The notes under the pieces are model-generated. The model saw only the letters and a list, made by a program, of their open reading frames with translations, was not told the DNA's origin and did no database searches. From Lama guanicoe (Eukaryota): a DNA stretch of 64,000 bases. The stretch lies in contig MU053482.1 in assembly GCA_013239625.1 (NCBI GenBank), positions 2,333,168 through 2,397,167 of the forward strand. Reading direction: 5' to 3'. Both the position numbers and the translations under genes were made by a program. Each line of letters opens with the position of its first letter. Position 1 is the stretch's first letter. Positions 51,460 through 64,000 of the stretch are shown here, one piece after another.

Positions 51460-51690
51460 GTACAGGTGTTAAAAGCACAGGTTTTGGAGTCAAATATGTT
51501 AGGTATGAATCCCTGCTCTGCTCCTTACTAGCTATGTGACAAGTAAGTTACTTCATCACTCTAGTTTCAGCTCATCTAGAAAATGATGCTAGTATTATAT
51601 CTACCTCTCAGGCTGCTTCAAGGATTAAATGAAATAATAATACACATAGCACATTGTGGCACATAGAAAGGGCTCAGCAGAAGGTAGCTA
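51460..51690. mobile_element. MIR SINE
   Basis: ttggagtcaaa..gaatccctgctctgctccttactagctatgtgac..ggattaaatgaaataata..tggcacatag. Confidence 0.75.
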
Positions 51691-53550
51691 CCATCATTAC
51701 CTGGAACAGTCTCAGGAAAACCTATGGGTGCCGAGCCTCAGAATGGGGCCTGCCCCATGCTTTCTCCAAGCCTCCCTACAGAACTCCACACATGAGCATC
51801 TTTCCCTGGAACCAAAGCCTCCTGGGGCAAGAGCTGGCCCCCTCTTTTCCTCTTCCTGGTGCCTCTGGATTCTGAATTTACCATGTCAGGTGGCTCTGTT
51901 CTAAAGTGCTTTACATCCTGTCTTGGCTGTTATAGATGATCTGTCTTTGAAAATTATACTAGACAAGTTGATGCTGTTTCAGTTAGGATTTTATCATGTT
52001 GTTCTTATTATAAGTGACAGGGAACCCAGCTGAAAATTTCTTAAGCAAAAATGAAAACTTTTTGTTCCTGAAACTAACACAATATTGTAAATCAGCTATA
52101 CTTCAATTTTTTTTTAAAAAAGAAAACGTTTTTGGTCCCCTTAACTTTTAAAAGTACAGGGGTTTCTTTTGTGGCTGGATCCAGGGGCTCAAACTACATT
52201 ATCACTGTGTCTCAGCTCTGAGTTGATGCCACTGTAGCAGGCTCTAGTCTGATGGCTGTCAGAGGGTCTAGGCTTATAATCTGTTCACCTAGAAACTCTC
52301 CTTTGGGTCTTCAGGTAACAGGGAGATCTTTGAGAATGGTCTACGGGATGAAGGCTGGGATGTGAAGCCAGAAAAGTGGATGAGAAGAGCAGAGGAGAAA
52401 GGGAGGACAACCAAGGAATTTTTATCCCCCTTCCCTTCCCACCCATGCATATTTTGCTCTGATTTTTCTCTTGGGCACACCCTGGAAGTAATGGCCAGTG
52501 CCCTGATCTCCTTCACTCACCACCCCTATCCTTGTAGATGCCGAGTCCCCTTCCTCCTCTGGTGCCCTCCCCACCACCCTTAATCCTTCTGGCAGAAAGA
52601 TTCTTCAAACAGCTGTCCACTGCAGGTGTTATATGTATGCCAGGATTTCTGGCTACACGGTGCCCACAGGTTGGCACTCAGCCCTGAAGACTGTGTCTAC
52701 TTTGGCAGGTTATTGCAAAGACAAGAGTTATTTCTGTCTTCTTCCTTCACCATAGCCTCATAAAATGAGGCTGGCGGCAGCCCCGCTGGTGTTTTCCAAA
52801 GTTGGCTGGGTCTTTTGGATCCATTCCTGTCAGCAGTGATTTTGTTTCATTTCCTGAGATGAGGACAGGCTGTGACCTCAAATCAGACAGCAAAAGAGGA
52901 GAGAAAGATGTGGGGGAAATCTCAGTATCTCAAGCAAGAGCACTTGGTAGAAAGAGGCTTGGCTTTGAACCCCTGCTCTGCCCCTTGCTTGCTGTGGGAC
53001 CTTGGCCAAGTTACCACAGCTCTCTGAGCTCAGTTTATCATCCATCTGGCGGGGCTCTGTGTGGTTTAAATAAGGTAATATGTAAAGCACAGGGCCTGGC
53101 ACAAAGTGAACCCTCAAGAAGTATGAGTCCTAGTCTTCTTTCCTTCCTCTGTACAACAAAGGTAGAGAACCCGGAGAAAGAGCGGCCCTCCAGAGGCCAG
53201 GCAAGATCTCTTTCATCTGGAAATACATCTTGGGAGACAGCAAGCTTCTCAGAATGCAGCCCAGTCTCAGCGTGGTGGGTCGGCTTCATATCTCTTTCTG
53301 TCACACCCAGCTGGAGGTGAGAAGGCCTCAACTCAGCGCACACTGGTTACCTCTGTCTACCTCAGGAGCACGGGGGCCTCCACCGCCTTCCCTTAAAGTA
53401 ACTAAGTATGCTGCTTGGGTGGGACAGTGACGGGTCAGTGGCCCTCACTGGGCAAGCCCTGGGCCTGGGGGCATTGGCAGCAGAGAGGCCAAGGGCCCTA
53501 TGGAATGTGTAGGTGATCAGGCGTACAGACACATGCATACCACACACAGA

Positions 53551-53552
<2 letters not shown>

Positions 53553-53620
<68 letters not shown>
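53553..53620. repeat. Perfect (CA)34 microsatellite
   Basis: Direct count, 68 bp. Confidence 0.98.
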
Positions 53621-53622
<2 letters not shown>

Positions 53623-54339
53623 GGATTCGCTCTGACCTATTTTAACCCAGCTCTGCCCTGCCTGGGGAGATAAGTCATTGTGATTATTTTGAGTTCTGTG
53701 CTCTCTGAGGCACATGCTGCATGATGGTCAGACTCACCTCGGCCAGGTCTGTGTCTTCATGTCTCATCACGGACTGTCCCACTGACCACAAGAGCTCATG
53801 CAAATTACTCACTTTGGGAACCCAATTTCACACTCTGCAAAAGTGAGTGTCTTCACTGGCCTTATTTGCCTACAGCCCTGGACACTACCTCCCTGGAGTC
53901 AGAGGGTGGACTTCATCATGCTGGAAACATCAAGCTGAGATGAGCAGTTCTGGAGAATGTGTGATTCTGAGCTCAGCAAGGAGATGTAGTGCCATCCTCA
54001 CACGTCGGAGGCTGAGGCCTGGAAATAAGGAAAGATGAAGGATTGACAGGTCTCTGTGTACGGGTGCTATTTCTGATCTGAGAATCTTAGGAGATTGGAA
54101 GAGCACATTTCTGCTTCCCAGCTCGAGAGGACAGGGGTTCTCAGAAAATCTTATGAGAGAACCCATGTTAGGCATCGTGGCCTTTCATTTCTACTTCAAG
54201 CTCTAACTCTTCTGTTCCTAGAACATATCCCACTTTCTGTTTCAGTGAAATGGGAGAAGCTAGCAGAGTGTGAACCCATTTTAATAATGTATCTTGGATT
54301 TAACTTCTCTTGTCTCAAATAATGAAAGAAAGATAATAA

Positions 54340-54560
54340 TGATAATGATGATAGTTAACATTTATTGAGCCCATACTACATTCCAGTCAGTTTTCAAAGA
54401 GTTTTCCAGGTGTGGACTCCTTTAATTCTCACAATAACCCTATCTAGAAAGTACTGTATCTTTATTTACCATATGAGGAAACTGAGGCACAGAGAGGTTA
54501 AGCAACTTGTGCAAGGTCACAGCCATTAAGTGGCAGTGCTGGGATACAAATCCAGGTACT
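54340..54560. mobile_element. MIR SINE
   Basis: taacatttattgagc..ctcacaataaccctat..atgaggaaactgaggcacagagaggttaagcaacttgtgcaaggtcacagc. Confidence 0.85.
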
Positions 54561-55824
54561 GCAGAGGATATAATGGGAGTCTTGGAGAAAATAAGCATTA
54601 TGAAACATAAACTTTAGAGAAATCTTTCACTAAGGGAAACAGAGAATACATTCTCAGAAAAGTACATTAGGAGTCCTGAGAGAGGGAATATTGGGTAAGT
54701 CATGCTGCTTGAGTCCCCTCTGTTCCTTGTTGGAAGCCCTGAGTGAGAGGGTTCACCAAGCCTCTTATAGTTGTACCCACATCATTCAAAACTTCAGCTT
54801 TCATGCCCGATGTGGCTGCTAAAATCTGCCTTTCTCAAGCCAAGCCACCTGGACCTAACTTTGGGGTTCTGGGCACATATTCTTGCTTTGCCCGTCATTA
54901 GTATCTTGCTGTCTTGTCCACAGTTTTATACAATGAACAGGCATCATATACTGCAGCTACATGGGCACCATGTAATGACAACCAGTTTGTGGTCACGCAC
55001 AGTGAGTTACACACAAGACTGCAGAGGACTGAGCCCAGCAGACCTGGCCAGGGTCCACCCCAAGCTCACACTCTTCACTGCCACGCTCTTCTGCTGGCCA
55101 TGACCATGTCAGTCACACATTGCTGGGTCTGTCCTCCCGGGGTCATTGGTTCCATTTCTTGCTCAGCAACTATTAATTTTTTTTCCAACCACAAAGTGTG
55201 TATAATAAGGCAAAGCCAGCACCAGAACTCAGATATGAGGTAGGTTTGTATTTGCTTTCTGCACTACACAGGAGAAAGACAGAAAATTCCAAAATTATCC
55301 TTCAGTCCTAGGATAGTATACAGGATCAGAGGACAGTCAAGTCAGTGGGGTGAGGTAGATCTTGGAACTTTGTGTGGTAAAAATTACATGAGATTACAGT
55401 TTGGGAGTGATTGTTCCTCCCCATTCTTTCAAATATTTATTCCTCTTATCTCAGCAATATGCATCCAGCCTAGCATGGTGACGAGACCAGAACAATGAAT
55501 GAATGAATGTGTGGGGAGTGTGTGTGAGTGTGTGTGTGTGTATGTGTGTGTGTTTGGACATAGACATGATTCAGAGCATTGTGGATAGTTTGAAAGGACC
55601 TGATGACCAATGACTTCTCACCTGGTCATTAGGCATTAGGCCAGGCAGAGGGAAGGAAAAAATCTAAAAAGATACATTCTTGAGAGCTGTATGAAACAAC
55701 ACGACCTCAGTTGTCAAACCACAGCCCTAGCTCTCAGCATCCCATCGGTAACATTTTGTCTTGAATTATGAGCATTTAAGCTCCAACGGCAGTGGGATGA
55801 CTGAAACAAGGTGTTTTCCATTTA

Positions 55825-55843
55825 CAACTACTAGGTGGCGCCT
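55825..55843 (+). promoter_or_regulatory. CTCF motif between NRIP3 and SCUBE2
   Basis: CTACTAGGTGGCGCC at 55828-55842; motif only. Confidence 0.6.
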
Positions 55844-57549
55844 GTCCTAGGAATTGCAAAACGGCTCGTTCACAACTGGCCTGAGATGAGAGGCCAAGTT
55901 CTTTTGGGGGTGTGGGGGTGGAGGTGAGGCATAGAGGACCTGCCAGGCTTGGTTTCTGAGCCAGTGCCCTGGGAGGGGCCTGGATTCATGGCTCCCGCGA
56001 TGTGCTCACCCCATCTAAAGTACCAGCTTCTTCCCACCACCTCCTCATTCTCTACCCTTTTACCCTTTTCTATTTTATTTATAACAGTTATCACCCTTGA
56101 CTTTACACTCTATGTTTATTTATTTTCTGTCTCCCCCCACCAGAATCTAAACTCCATGTGAGCATTTTGCCCATTACAGTATCACCAATTCCTCAATACC
56201 AAGCACTTTGTAAGCCCTCAGAAAACATGTTATATAATGAATGAATGAGAAAACATGTAACAAAGAATTATTAGTCACTAAGGCCTGTAGTCACATTCCC
56301 CTAATGAGATACTCTGAAAACCAAGCAATGTTGAGTTATGATCATTGTTCACGATAGGTGGGTTTAATTTGTATTTCTTTATTCAGCGACAGCAACCTGC
56401 CTGTGAATTAGAATGGTTTCACCTTCTAAATCTATTTTGATCCTAGTGTCCTCTCTGGAAAGTGATCCCTGCTGAGTGGTTATGTCTTTGTGACTGTCAG
56501 TCACAGGAGCAGCCTTGCGGGGCCATTAGGCCCCTGAGGTTGGTCTCCTGCAGGCTGATCAGGACTGCCTGAAGGGAGAGGGAAGCAGAGTACCACAAAT
56601 ATTCAGGACACCCCTGAGCTGGGTGCACAAGCCCCTGGAGCAGATGTTACAGAGAGGAAGCCTCATCAAGGCTTCTAATTTCCTGTGGATGGATGAGCCC
56701 TACTGGCCATTCACAGGATCTGGATTCAGAGGCAGCTGTTGGCTTACCTGGCAAGAAGGTCATGGGTAACGGGGCTCCCGCGACTTGGTGAGGAGCCGCT
56801 TTACTCCAGCCTTACCTAATCCACGTGCCTCCTAAACACTGGCTAAGAGTGATATAGACGTGGGTAAGGCTCCCAGGCCCCATCCTGCTGTGTGAAAGGA
56901 AGCAGAGATACTGACAGCCCCAGTCAGAGGTATCTAGTCTGAGCGGAGGAGGAGATGGAGGCTAGGCCTGGTGTGGGTGCCCTGGGTTTCCCAGCACCCA
57001 GGCCCACCGGCTGCAGCGGTCAGCCGCAGGCAGCAGCCCTGTTACATCTTCCTGCAAAGGTTCTCAAGTCCTTGCTTTGTGTGGCGCAGTCGCTGCCTTT
57101 CCCAAGTTTCCACATGACAATTATAAAATCACCTGCAAACCTAAATCCAGTCAGTGCCTACAGACGACACACTTAACAGCTCAGAGAATGATTCAGAGGA
57201 AGCAATTTTCCAAAGTGAAGATAATCAGCTGTTTGTGCGAAAAGGCAAGCACTCTTTTATTAGCATTGGAAACTCAGGGGAAACGTGGCTAAATCCATAA
57301 AAGCAGCACTTCAGTAAATGGCTCCAGAACAATATGCACAGCTGGAGGGCAGGCCGTGTGCAGGCTCCGCTCCCACCCAGAGTTCTCCCACGGGAACTCG
57401 CATTCGTGGAGGGCATGCAAAGCTCAGCTCGGACCTCTTCCTGTTTACTTAATCAGCAGCTCCTGGAAGTTCTGTCCCTGTGGCCACACAGGGACCCCAG
57501 AATTCAGAGTTCCCTGGTCTTCTTTTACCTACATACTTTTCCCGGGTGA

Positions 57550-59060
57550 TCTCAACCCATATCATTCTTCATTCTGTGACATTAGAATTCATATTCCAGC
57601 CCTGAGCTCTCCTGGGATCTGTTGCCTATTTGAACTCATTATCTGGGTATCTAATAGTCATCTCCTACTTAGAATGGCCAAAACTGAACTCTTGATCTTC
57701 TCTTCTTTTCCAATGTCTTATTAGTGCATAAGAAATAACCAAGTGACTCAAAACCTAGTGACTTAGAACAACAACAATCATTGATTTTGCTCAGAAGTCT
57801 GTCATTTTGGTTTGGCTCAACAAGGACTGCTCGGTGAAGCATCAGCTGGAGAATCCATACCTAAGTTAGCCCATTCACTCAGCTGGCAAGTTTTGCTGTC
57901 ACCTGGGAGTCAGCTGGGCTGTGAGCTGGCGGGGCCTTGGTTCAACTGTTCACATGGCCTCTCCACAAGCTGCTATGGCTTCCTCAAGGCATGGTGACTG
58001 AGGTCCCAGTGAGTTTCCCAAGAAGAGGAAGTGGAAATTGCCAGTGTCTGAAGTCCTGGGCCCAAATGTTACTTCTGCTATGTGTATTGGTTAAGCAGTC
58101 ACAGATCCCAGATTTAGGAAGGGTAAAAGACCCCCAAGTTTCCATGGGAGGAACATCAAAGAATTTGTAGATGAGTTTTAAAATTGTCGCATGTCCCAAA
58201 CCTGCTCCCCCTGCAGTATCCTCCATCTCCCAGTTGCTCAGGCAACTAGAGGTCATCTTTAGTTGCTGTCTTTTCCTTCCTCTTCCATTTAGGCAGCAGC
58301 AAGTTCTGCTGACTCTCTCCCCAAACAGTCCAGAATCCTCCTATTCTCTCCTCTCCACTACTAGCACCTCAGCCCAGACAACCTCAGCTCCCACTGGATG
58401 GCTGCTTGGTTTGTTAACTGCTCTCTGCCTCCAATGCCTACTTTCTAAAATCTATTCTCATGTAGTACTCAGAGCTACCTTTTAAAAACATAAATCAGAT
58501 CATCCCACTTTTCTGTTTAAACCCCTCCAAAAGTTTCACAGCATATTTAGAATTAAACCCAAGGCCCCCATTCTGGATTCCAAAACCCAATGTGCTCTGG
58601 CCCCTGTCCAGTTTCCTGGCCTCATCTTGTACCACTTGCCTTCGCACTAGGCTGTGACCTACACACATGCTTGTTCTTGCCTGATAGCATTTGCACTTGG
58701 CTTTCCTTGATCTGGAATGTCCCTCCTCCTGATTTTCCCAAGGCTGGTTTCTTCTTGCCATTTATTTTTCAGTTGAAATATCATTTCCCCAGGGAGACCT
58801 CCACAATTCCCAAACCTAACGCAGCCATGCAGTTGTCTGTTACATTAACCTATTTTAATTTTCAGCTTACTGAATTTTCAGCTTACTTAATTTTCAGCTT
58901 AACTTACTACTAGCTGATACTTTTCATGTTGATATGTTCATTGTCTGTCTCCTCCCTCTAAAATGTAAGCTCTAAAATAACAAGACCTTGTCTGTCTTGT
59001 CACAGCGTGTCCCTAGGGCCTAGGATAGTGCCTGGCAAAGAGCAGATGTTGGATAATTAT
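57550..59060. mobile_element. L2 fragment interrupted by an MLT1-type LTR (~57715-58185)
   Basis: L2 motifs (ccaaaactgaactcttgatctt; aaatcagatcat; atagtgcctggca) flank MLT motifs (aaaacctagtgacttagaacaacaa; acatggcctctcca; gcttcctcaaggcatggtg). Confidence 0.7.
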
Positions 59061-59449
59061 GTATAAGGCTTTAGCAGGGAGCAACAGTAGCCCCTGCTAG
59101 CCAGTCTTCCAACAGGACCACAGAGCCTCTTAGAGTGGTTGATGGGTACAGACAGGAAGATTCAGGAGGGCCTCAGTGGCTTGTGCATGGGCTGGCTCCT
59201 GAGGGATGCTTCACAGAGACCAGGTTTAGGCAGCCTCCTTCCAACCCCCAGTGTACTGCCAGCCTTAGCCTTCTCCTGAAATCAGCGATACAGAATCAGA
59301 CAGTCTTAAACACAAAGTTACTAACATGCTTGGACAGGATGGTGCAATTCTGCTCACCTCACTTCCACATCAGTCAGGTCATTAACTCATGTTATATTAC
59401 ATTTGAATTTTCCTCTTATGGTCAGACTCAGAAATGTAGTTCAAGTTCT

Positions 59450-60996
59450 GGCATGACAAATTCCAAGTACTTGTATTAATGATTATTTTTTAAAATAAAG
59501 ACATTCAAATTTTTGAAGGAAAACTTGAGATGGGTGTTTAGGACCATCCAAATAAAGAAGAAAAATTTGATTAGATAGGTTATAAAAAAAACCACTGAGG
59601 TGAAAAGTGAGTTCAACAATAAATGAGATAGTCTTTGTTTTCTTTAAAAATATTTGTTAACCTATTTTTGTACTTTGGCATAGGGAATTGATGGTGTACA
59701 GAGTTAGTTTGTTATTGAAATTAAACACTATGGTTGTGTGTGGTCAGTCTAATCATTAGGGAAATGGCAGCTTGTTTGATACGGTTCTTTTTTATTCACT
59801 TTTTTATTCACCTGTGGATTTCAATTTTTAAAAATTCAATAATATTGAAAAATCAAGTTCCTATGGGAGAAAAGGATTGTGAGGGCCCATGGGGCTGCCT
59901 GAAAGTGAGAGGGTTCTGCGGTACTTAGAGGCCAGGATTTATGTAGCTGCTTCTGGCAGTGGTGTGAGCACTCAGGGAGAGAGACCACCCTGAACAGTGG
60001 CGCTTGTGCCTTCAGAGCCGGGTCGGTCTCTGACCTTGGAGATGGGGAAGGAAGGCAAACGTGAGAAGCGGGTCTGCCCCATGTCCCACCTGGACCTGGG
60101 ACACCCTGGAGGGGGAAGCCCATGGCGAGAAAGGACCCTTGGAGGTACGGACTGAGGGTTTGTGAAGTCTCCTTTTCATGATGACAGATGATTCTCATCT
60201 ATCAAGGAGATCACATCCAATCTGAACTTTCCAGGCCCTACTGGGGTGCCCAGGTTGTGTCTGAAGGCACAGCTGGGGGTGTAAGACTAGCTCTGTGAAC
60301 TTGCTACGAGGTGGAAACTGTAACAAGGAAGGCCATCAATAGGTCTACATGAGGATGTCTGTGGAAGTGCTTAGTTTCTATCTTCTGATTTCAAATTCTT
60401 TCTGCTTTAAGTTTTTTTTAGTGATCACTGCTTAGAACTCAAGCTGCTGGGATCAAACTTAGGTCACACAGCCTGGAGAAGGCTGTGCAGAAACCAAGTC
60501 CTCCCAGGTCTCGGGCAGGTGGATGGTACCTGGATAGCTCTCCCTCCCTTTGTCCTGCTCTGCCTGGTCAGAGCCTGCATCTGACTGCAGAGGGCTCCCT
60601 GACAGAGGGCTCTGCTGGAAGAAGGTGACGTTTCGGACAAGGCAGCCCTTCTGGGGCCTCCCTTCCAGGAAGAGGAGTGAGGACCAAGAAGGACAAGTGA
60701 GTCTCACCTGCGCTGACTGAAGTCCCACTCAGCCAGCACTTGATGAATCCAAGACATCTGCCCACAGCAGTGAGAAGGGGTAAGACTCAGTGCCGTTCTC
60801 AGTCCACATCCACAACGCTGGGAAAGAAAAACCAAGTTCCATTTACCAAAATATCTGTATTATCTATAAAAATTGAACTCTAACCAGTCACTGCTACTAG
60901 AGGCAGCATTATCCGACTCTGCTGGCTGCAGAAACAGATGGCTGTGTCCCACCAGCCCATGGGCCGAACATTGTGCCGAGTGGCACGTGGGCAGAC
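59450..60996 (-). other. SCUBE2: SCUBE2 3'UTR; tandem AATAAA at 59808-59803 and 59796-59791
   Basis: Follows the stop codon; true 3' end uncertain. Confidence 0.55.
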
Positions 60997-61149
<153 letters not shown>

Positions 61150-61280
61150 CTAAAAAGAACAGAATTTTTGTTACTGGGCCAAAATATTTAAACATTACAA
61201 CATTGAAGTATAACATCTCACAGTTAGGCAATAGGTTGATTAGCTGAAAAACACTTTGTGAAAATTGTTTCTCTGATTTT

Positions 61281-61411
61281 TTTTTTTGAAAAATTTTTTG
61301 GGAGGGAGGGTAATTAAGTTTGTTTGATTATTTAATGGAGGTACTGGGGACTGAACCCAGGACCTCATGCATGCTAAGCATGCACTCTACCATTGAGCTA
61401 CACCCATCCCC
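61281..61411 (-). mobile_element. tRNA-derived SINE (camelid vic-1-like)
   Basis: ggaggtactggggactgaacccaggacctcatgcatgctaagcatgcactctaccattgagcta; TSD ctctgatttt at 61271-61280 and 61415-61424. Confidence 0.85.
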
Positions 61412-61952
61412 AGCCTCTGATTTTAATCTTTTTACAATTTTTATTTTTCCTAATTATCTACAAAAAGCACATATTACTTGTATAAAAGAAAATTTGATAC
61501 ATAAAAAATTTTTTTCTAAACCAGATGACAACTTTGGAATTTGGGGAATATTTATAGGGTTTGTGGTGTGGCAACTGTTTATTTATACTTATAAGTATCT
61601 AAAATTTGGTGAACTTCAGCCTTGAAGGATGAACAAGAAGCCAAGAATCTTCAACTATTTGGAGAATGAACATGAAAACACTATTTGCCACTGGCTTGGA
61701 TTTATGATAAACAAGTTTCCCACTGCTCCTCCACATATTTCTAAATGAAAAACATACAACTTTACTTGACAACACTAAAAACTGCCACTAGAACTTAAAA
61801 AAAAAAAATCTGGTAAGATACAAAACTGACCTCAGCCCAGAGCAGGCTTACTGTCTGAAAGGTAGCAATATGGTGCAGCGGGAAATCCTTCCTCAGTGGT
61901 GCTTGGAGAGCCCTTTGGGTGACTACTGTGCCCATTTTAGGCACATACTCAC

Positions 61953-62032
61953 CTTAAGTATTTCCTGATGGTTCTCAGATGCGTAGAGCCTGCCATCTCG
62001 AACTATGTCTTCAATGAGTTCCTGGTAGTCCT
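61953..62032 (-). CDS. SCUBE2: SCUBE2 penultimate coding exon ([27 protein letters not shown])
   Basis: aaacag|AGG ... AAG|gtgagt, 80 nt, phase 1/0. Confidence 0.96.
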
Positions 62033-62447
62033 CTGTTTGCATAAAGGACATATTTTGCATTTGTATGGCTTAGTTATTTGTCAGCTCACTCTTTCTTTCA
62101 TTTTAAAATAAGGTTCTGAGAAATGCCTCCTCTGTAGCTGCCATGAGAACAATGACCCCTCTGGTACTAAGAAGGCAATAGGAGAGAACTTCCACAACCC
62201 CACCACCTCCGCTCACCCACTGGCATCTGCACCCACCTTTCCTGTTCCTTCTTCCCTCAGACGAGCCCTCTGTGCAGCCAAGGCCCATCCCTCCATTTTG
62301 CTTACCCTCTATCTTCTCTCACCAGATCAAGCGCACTGTCCCTGTCCCACTGTCCTTCCTTTCCTACAATGAACATGTTCTCTCTCTGCATCTTTCCCAT
62401 CAGCATGCAAACATGCTGTTATGTCTCCAATTAAAAAGACGCTCTCT

Positions 62448-62589
62448 GAATGATGGAAATGTTAGCCATCTTGATTGTGGTGATGGTTTCATAGGTGTAT
62501 ACTGTTACCAAAATTCATCAAATTGTACATCTGAAATACGTGTAGTTTACTGTACAGGAATCATACCACAATAAAGATGGTTAAAAAAA
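62448..62589 (+). mobile_element. Short L1 3' tail inserted in L2-like DNA
   Basis: tcttgattgtggtgatggtttca..aattgtaca..aataaa + poly(A); TSD aaaaagac(g/c)ctctct at 62433-62447 and 62590-62604. Confidence 0.8.
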
Positions 62590-63820
62590 AAAAAGACCCT
62601 CTCTTGACCTTACTTCTACCTCCAGCTTCCATCCACGTCTCTGTTCCCCTTTGTAGCAAAACTCCTTGAAAGAAGTGTCAACACTCACTGTCTCTAATTC
62701 TTTTCTTTTCTCTCTCAAACCCAGTCCCACCAACCCTGGTCCCCACCATTCCTGCAAAACTCTTGTTGGGTTCACCAGTGATCTCCATGTTGCTATGTCC
62801 CAAAGGTCAACTCTTGGTCCACATATTCCTTGATGTTATCAGTAGCATTTCAAGGTTTAGCCTGTTTCTTACAATCATAATTCAAATCAAGCATATACAA
62901 AACACAATATTTTTCAAATGCCAGGCAGAAAATAATGCCTCTTTGTATGTATATCATGTGCAACAAAACCAAACAAATCATAAGAACATCATTGGAACTG
63001 TGTGGGAGGAGTTCTTGAAAATGTTTCTCCTAGTCAAGGAAGGGTAGATGGAAATTCATAGGATAATACAATCACTAATTTCACGCATGTACAATATCTC
63101 TGGTACCCTATTCATGTGGTCTCTTCTGATCCTTTTATTTTAGTGAACATAAAATATGTCACATATGAGTAAGGGCACGTTTTCTTTAATCTTGAATTCC
63201 TCTGCTGCAGTCTCCACCTCAAATCCGGAGCTCCCTCTGATGTTGGGAGTTCACCATTAGGGAGTTCACAGCACCATGCCCGCTGCTGTGCTGGAGAGCT
63301 CTTTGCCACTACGCCAAATGCTTCCAGACCGCCATCTTTTAAGATTCCCCCTGCTTTTAAGAACTACTGTGTCTCCTCACTTGCTCCAACCATCATGAGA
63401 AAAGCACTCAAGTGTTGTAGGTAAGAACTGGAGTCCCAAAGTCCCCTGCAACTTTGTCCTGCTGTGATCTTGAGCCAGTTACTTGAATCTCTAAGCCAGA
63501 GTGGCCTCCTGTGTACAATCAGGAAAGGGTCGTGTCTACCGCATGGGCAGCTGCGAGGAATGCGCGGTGTCGAGGGCACTCAGGACGTGCCAGGGCCTCA
63601 TAAGCGCAGCACAGGTCAGCGAGGCTACCGCGCTCCCTGCTCTCCCGGCCAGTGGGCTAGCCTGTGGCAGCCTCAGCTGCCCCTTCTCTGTGATTTCTAT
63701 TCTTCTGGGCTTGAAACCACATATCAAACTTGTCTGAAATAGATGTTGAAGTTAAAAATTAAATAGGCTCTGAGCGAGGACCCGAAAAGGCCTCTGCATG
63801 GCCAAAGCAGCAGTTGTTGC

Positions 63821-63981
63821 TTTTTAATTTTCAATTTATTTATTTTTACTTTTTTGTTTCTTTGTTTTGTTTGGGAGAGGGGATTAGGTTTTTTTGTTTG
63901 TTTGATTTAGTGGAGGTACTGGGGATTGAACCCAGGACCTTATGCATGCTAAGCACACTACAACTGAGCAATACCCTCCCC
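63821..63981 (-). mobile_element. tRNA-derived SINE (camelid vic-1-like)
   Basis: gtggaggtactggggattgaacccaggaccttatgcatgctaagcac..ctgagcaataccctcccc with T-rich tail. Confidence 0.85.
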
Positions 63982-64000
63982 TTTCCCTCCCCCCAAAGAA

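Noticed and set aside
60894..60908. CTCF-like CTACTAGAGGCAGCA in the SCUBE2 3'UTR
   Set aside because: Mismatches in the core GGC positions; weak

Overview
Mammalian genomic DNA, probably camelid (tRNA-derived SINEs and L1 3' ends of camelid/artiodactyl type), syntenic with the human ASCL3-TMEM9B-NRIP3-SCUBE2 cluster. All genes lie on the minus strand. TMEM9B is complete (5 coding exons, 597 nt, 198 aa, 4742..17111). NRIP3 is complete (7 coding exons, 723 nt, 240 aa, 30101..48430). The last two coding exons and 3'UTR of SCUBE2 are present, plus a probable TATA-driven non-coding first exon of ASCL3 near 2034-2092. Exon boundaries were read by hand (GT-AG, consistent phases). The rest is introns and intergenic DNA rich in L1, L2, HAL1, MIR, MLT and MER repeats, with a full-length retroposed U1 snRNA in NRIP3 intron 4. 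There is no prokaryote-type system, and nearly all entries in the ORF track are spurious. Best leads: (1) a candidate upstream NRIP3 first exon that would splice in frame into a cryptic acceptor inside the start of the annotated CDS; (2) a candidate 31-nt TMEM9B cassette exon with an immediate stop followed by an in-frame restart ATG; (3) the sense-oriented U1 retrocopy 255 nt from an NRIP3 donor; (4) a perfect CRE-TATA module at NRIP3; (5) a 38-bp templated duplication. Gene and repeat family names come from recognition and memory, not from database searches.
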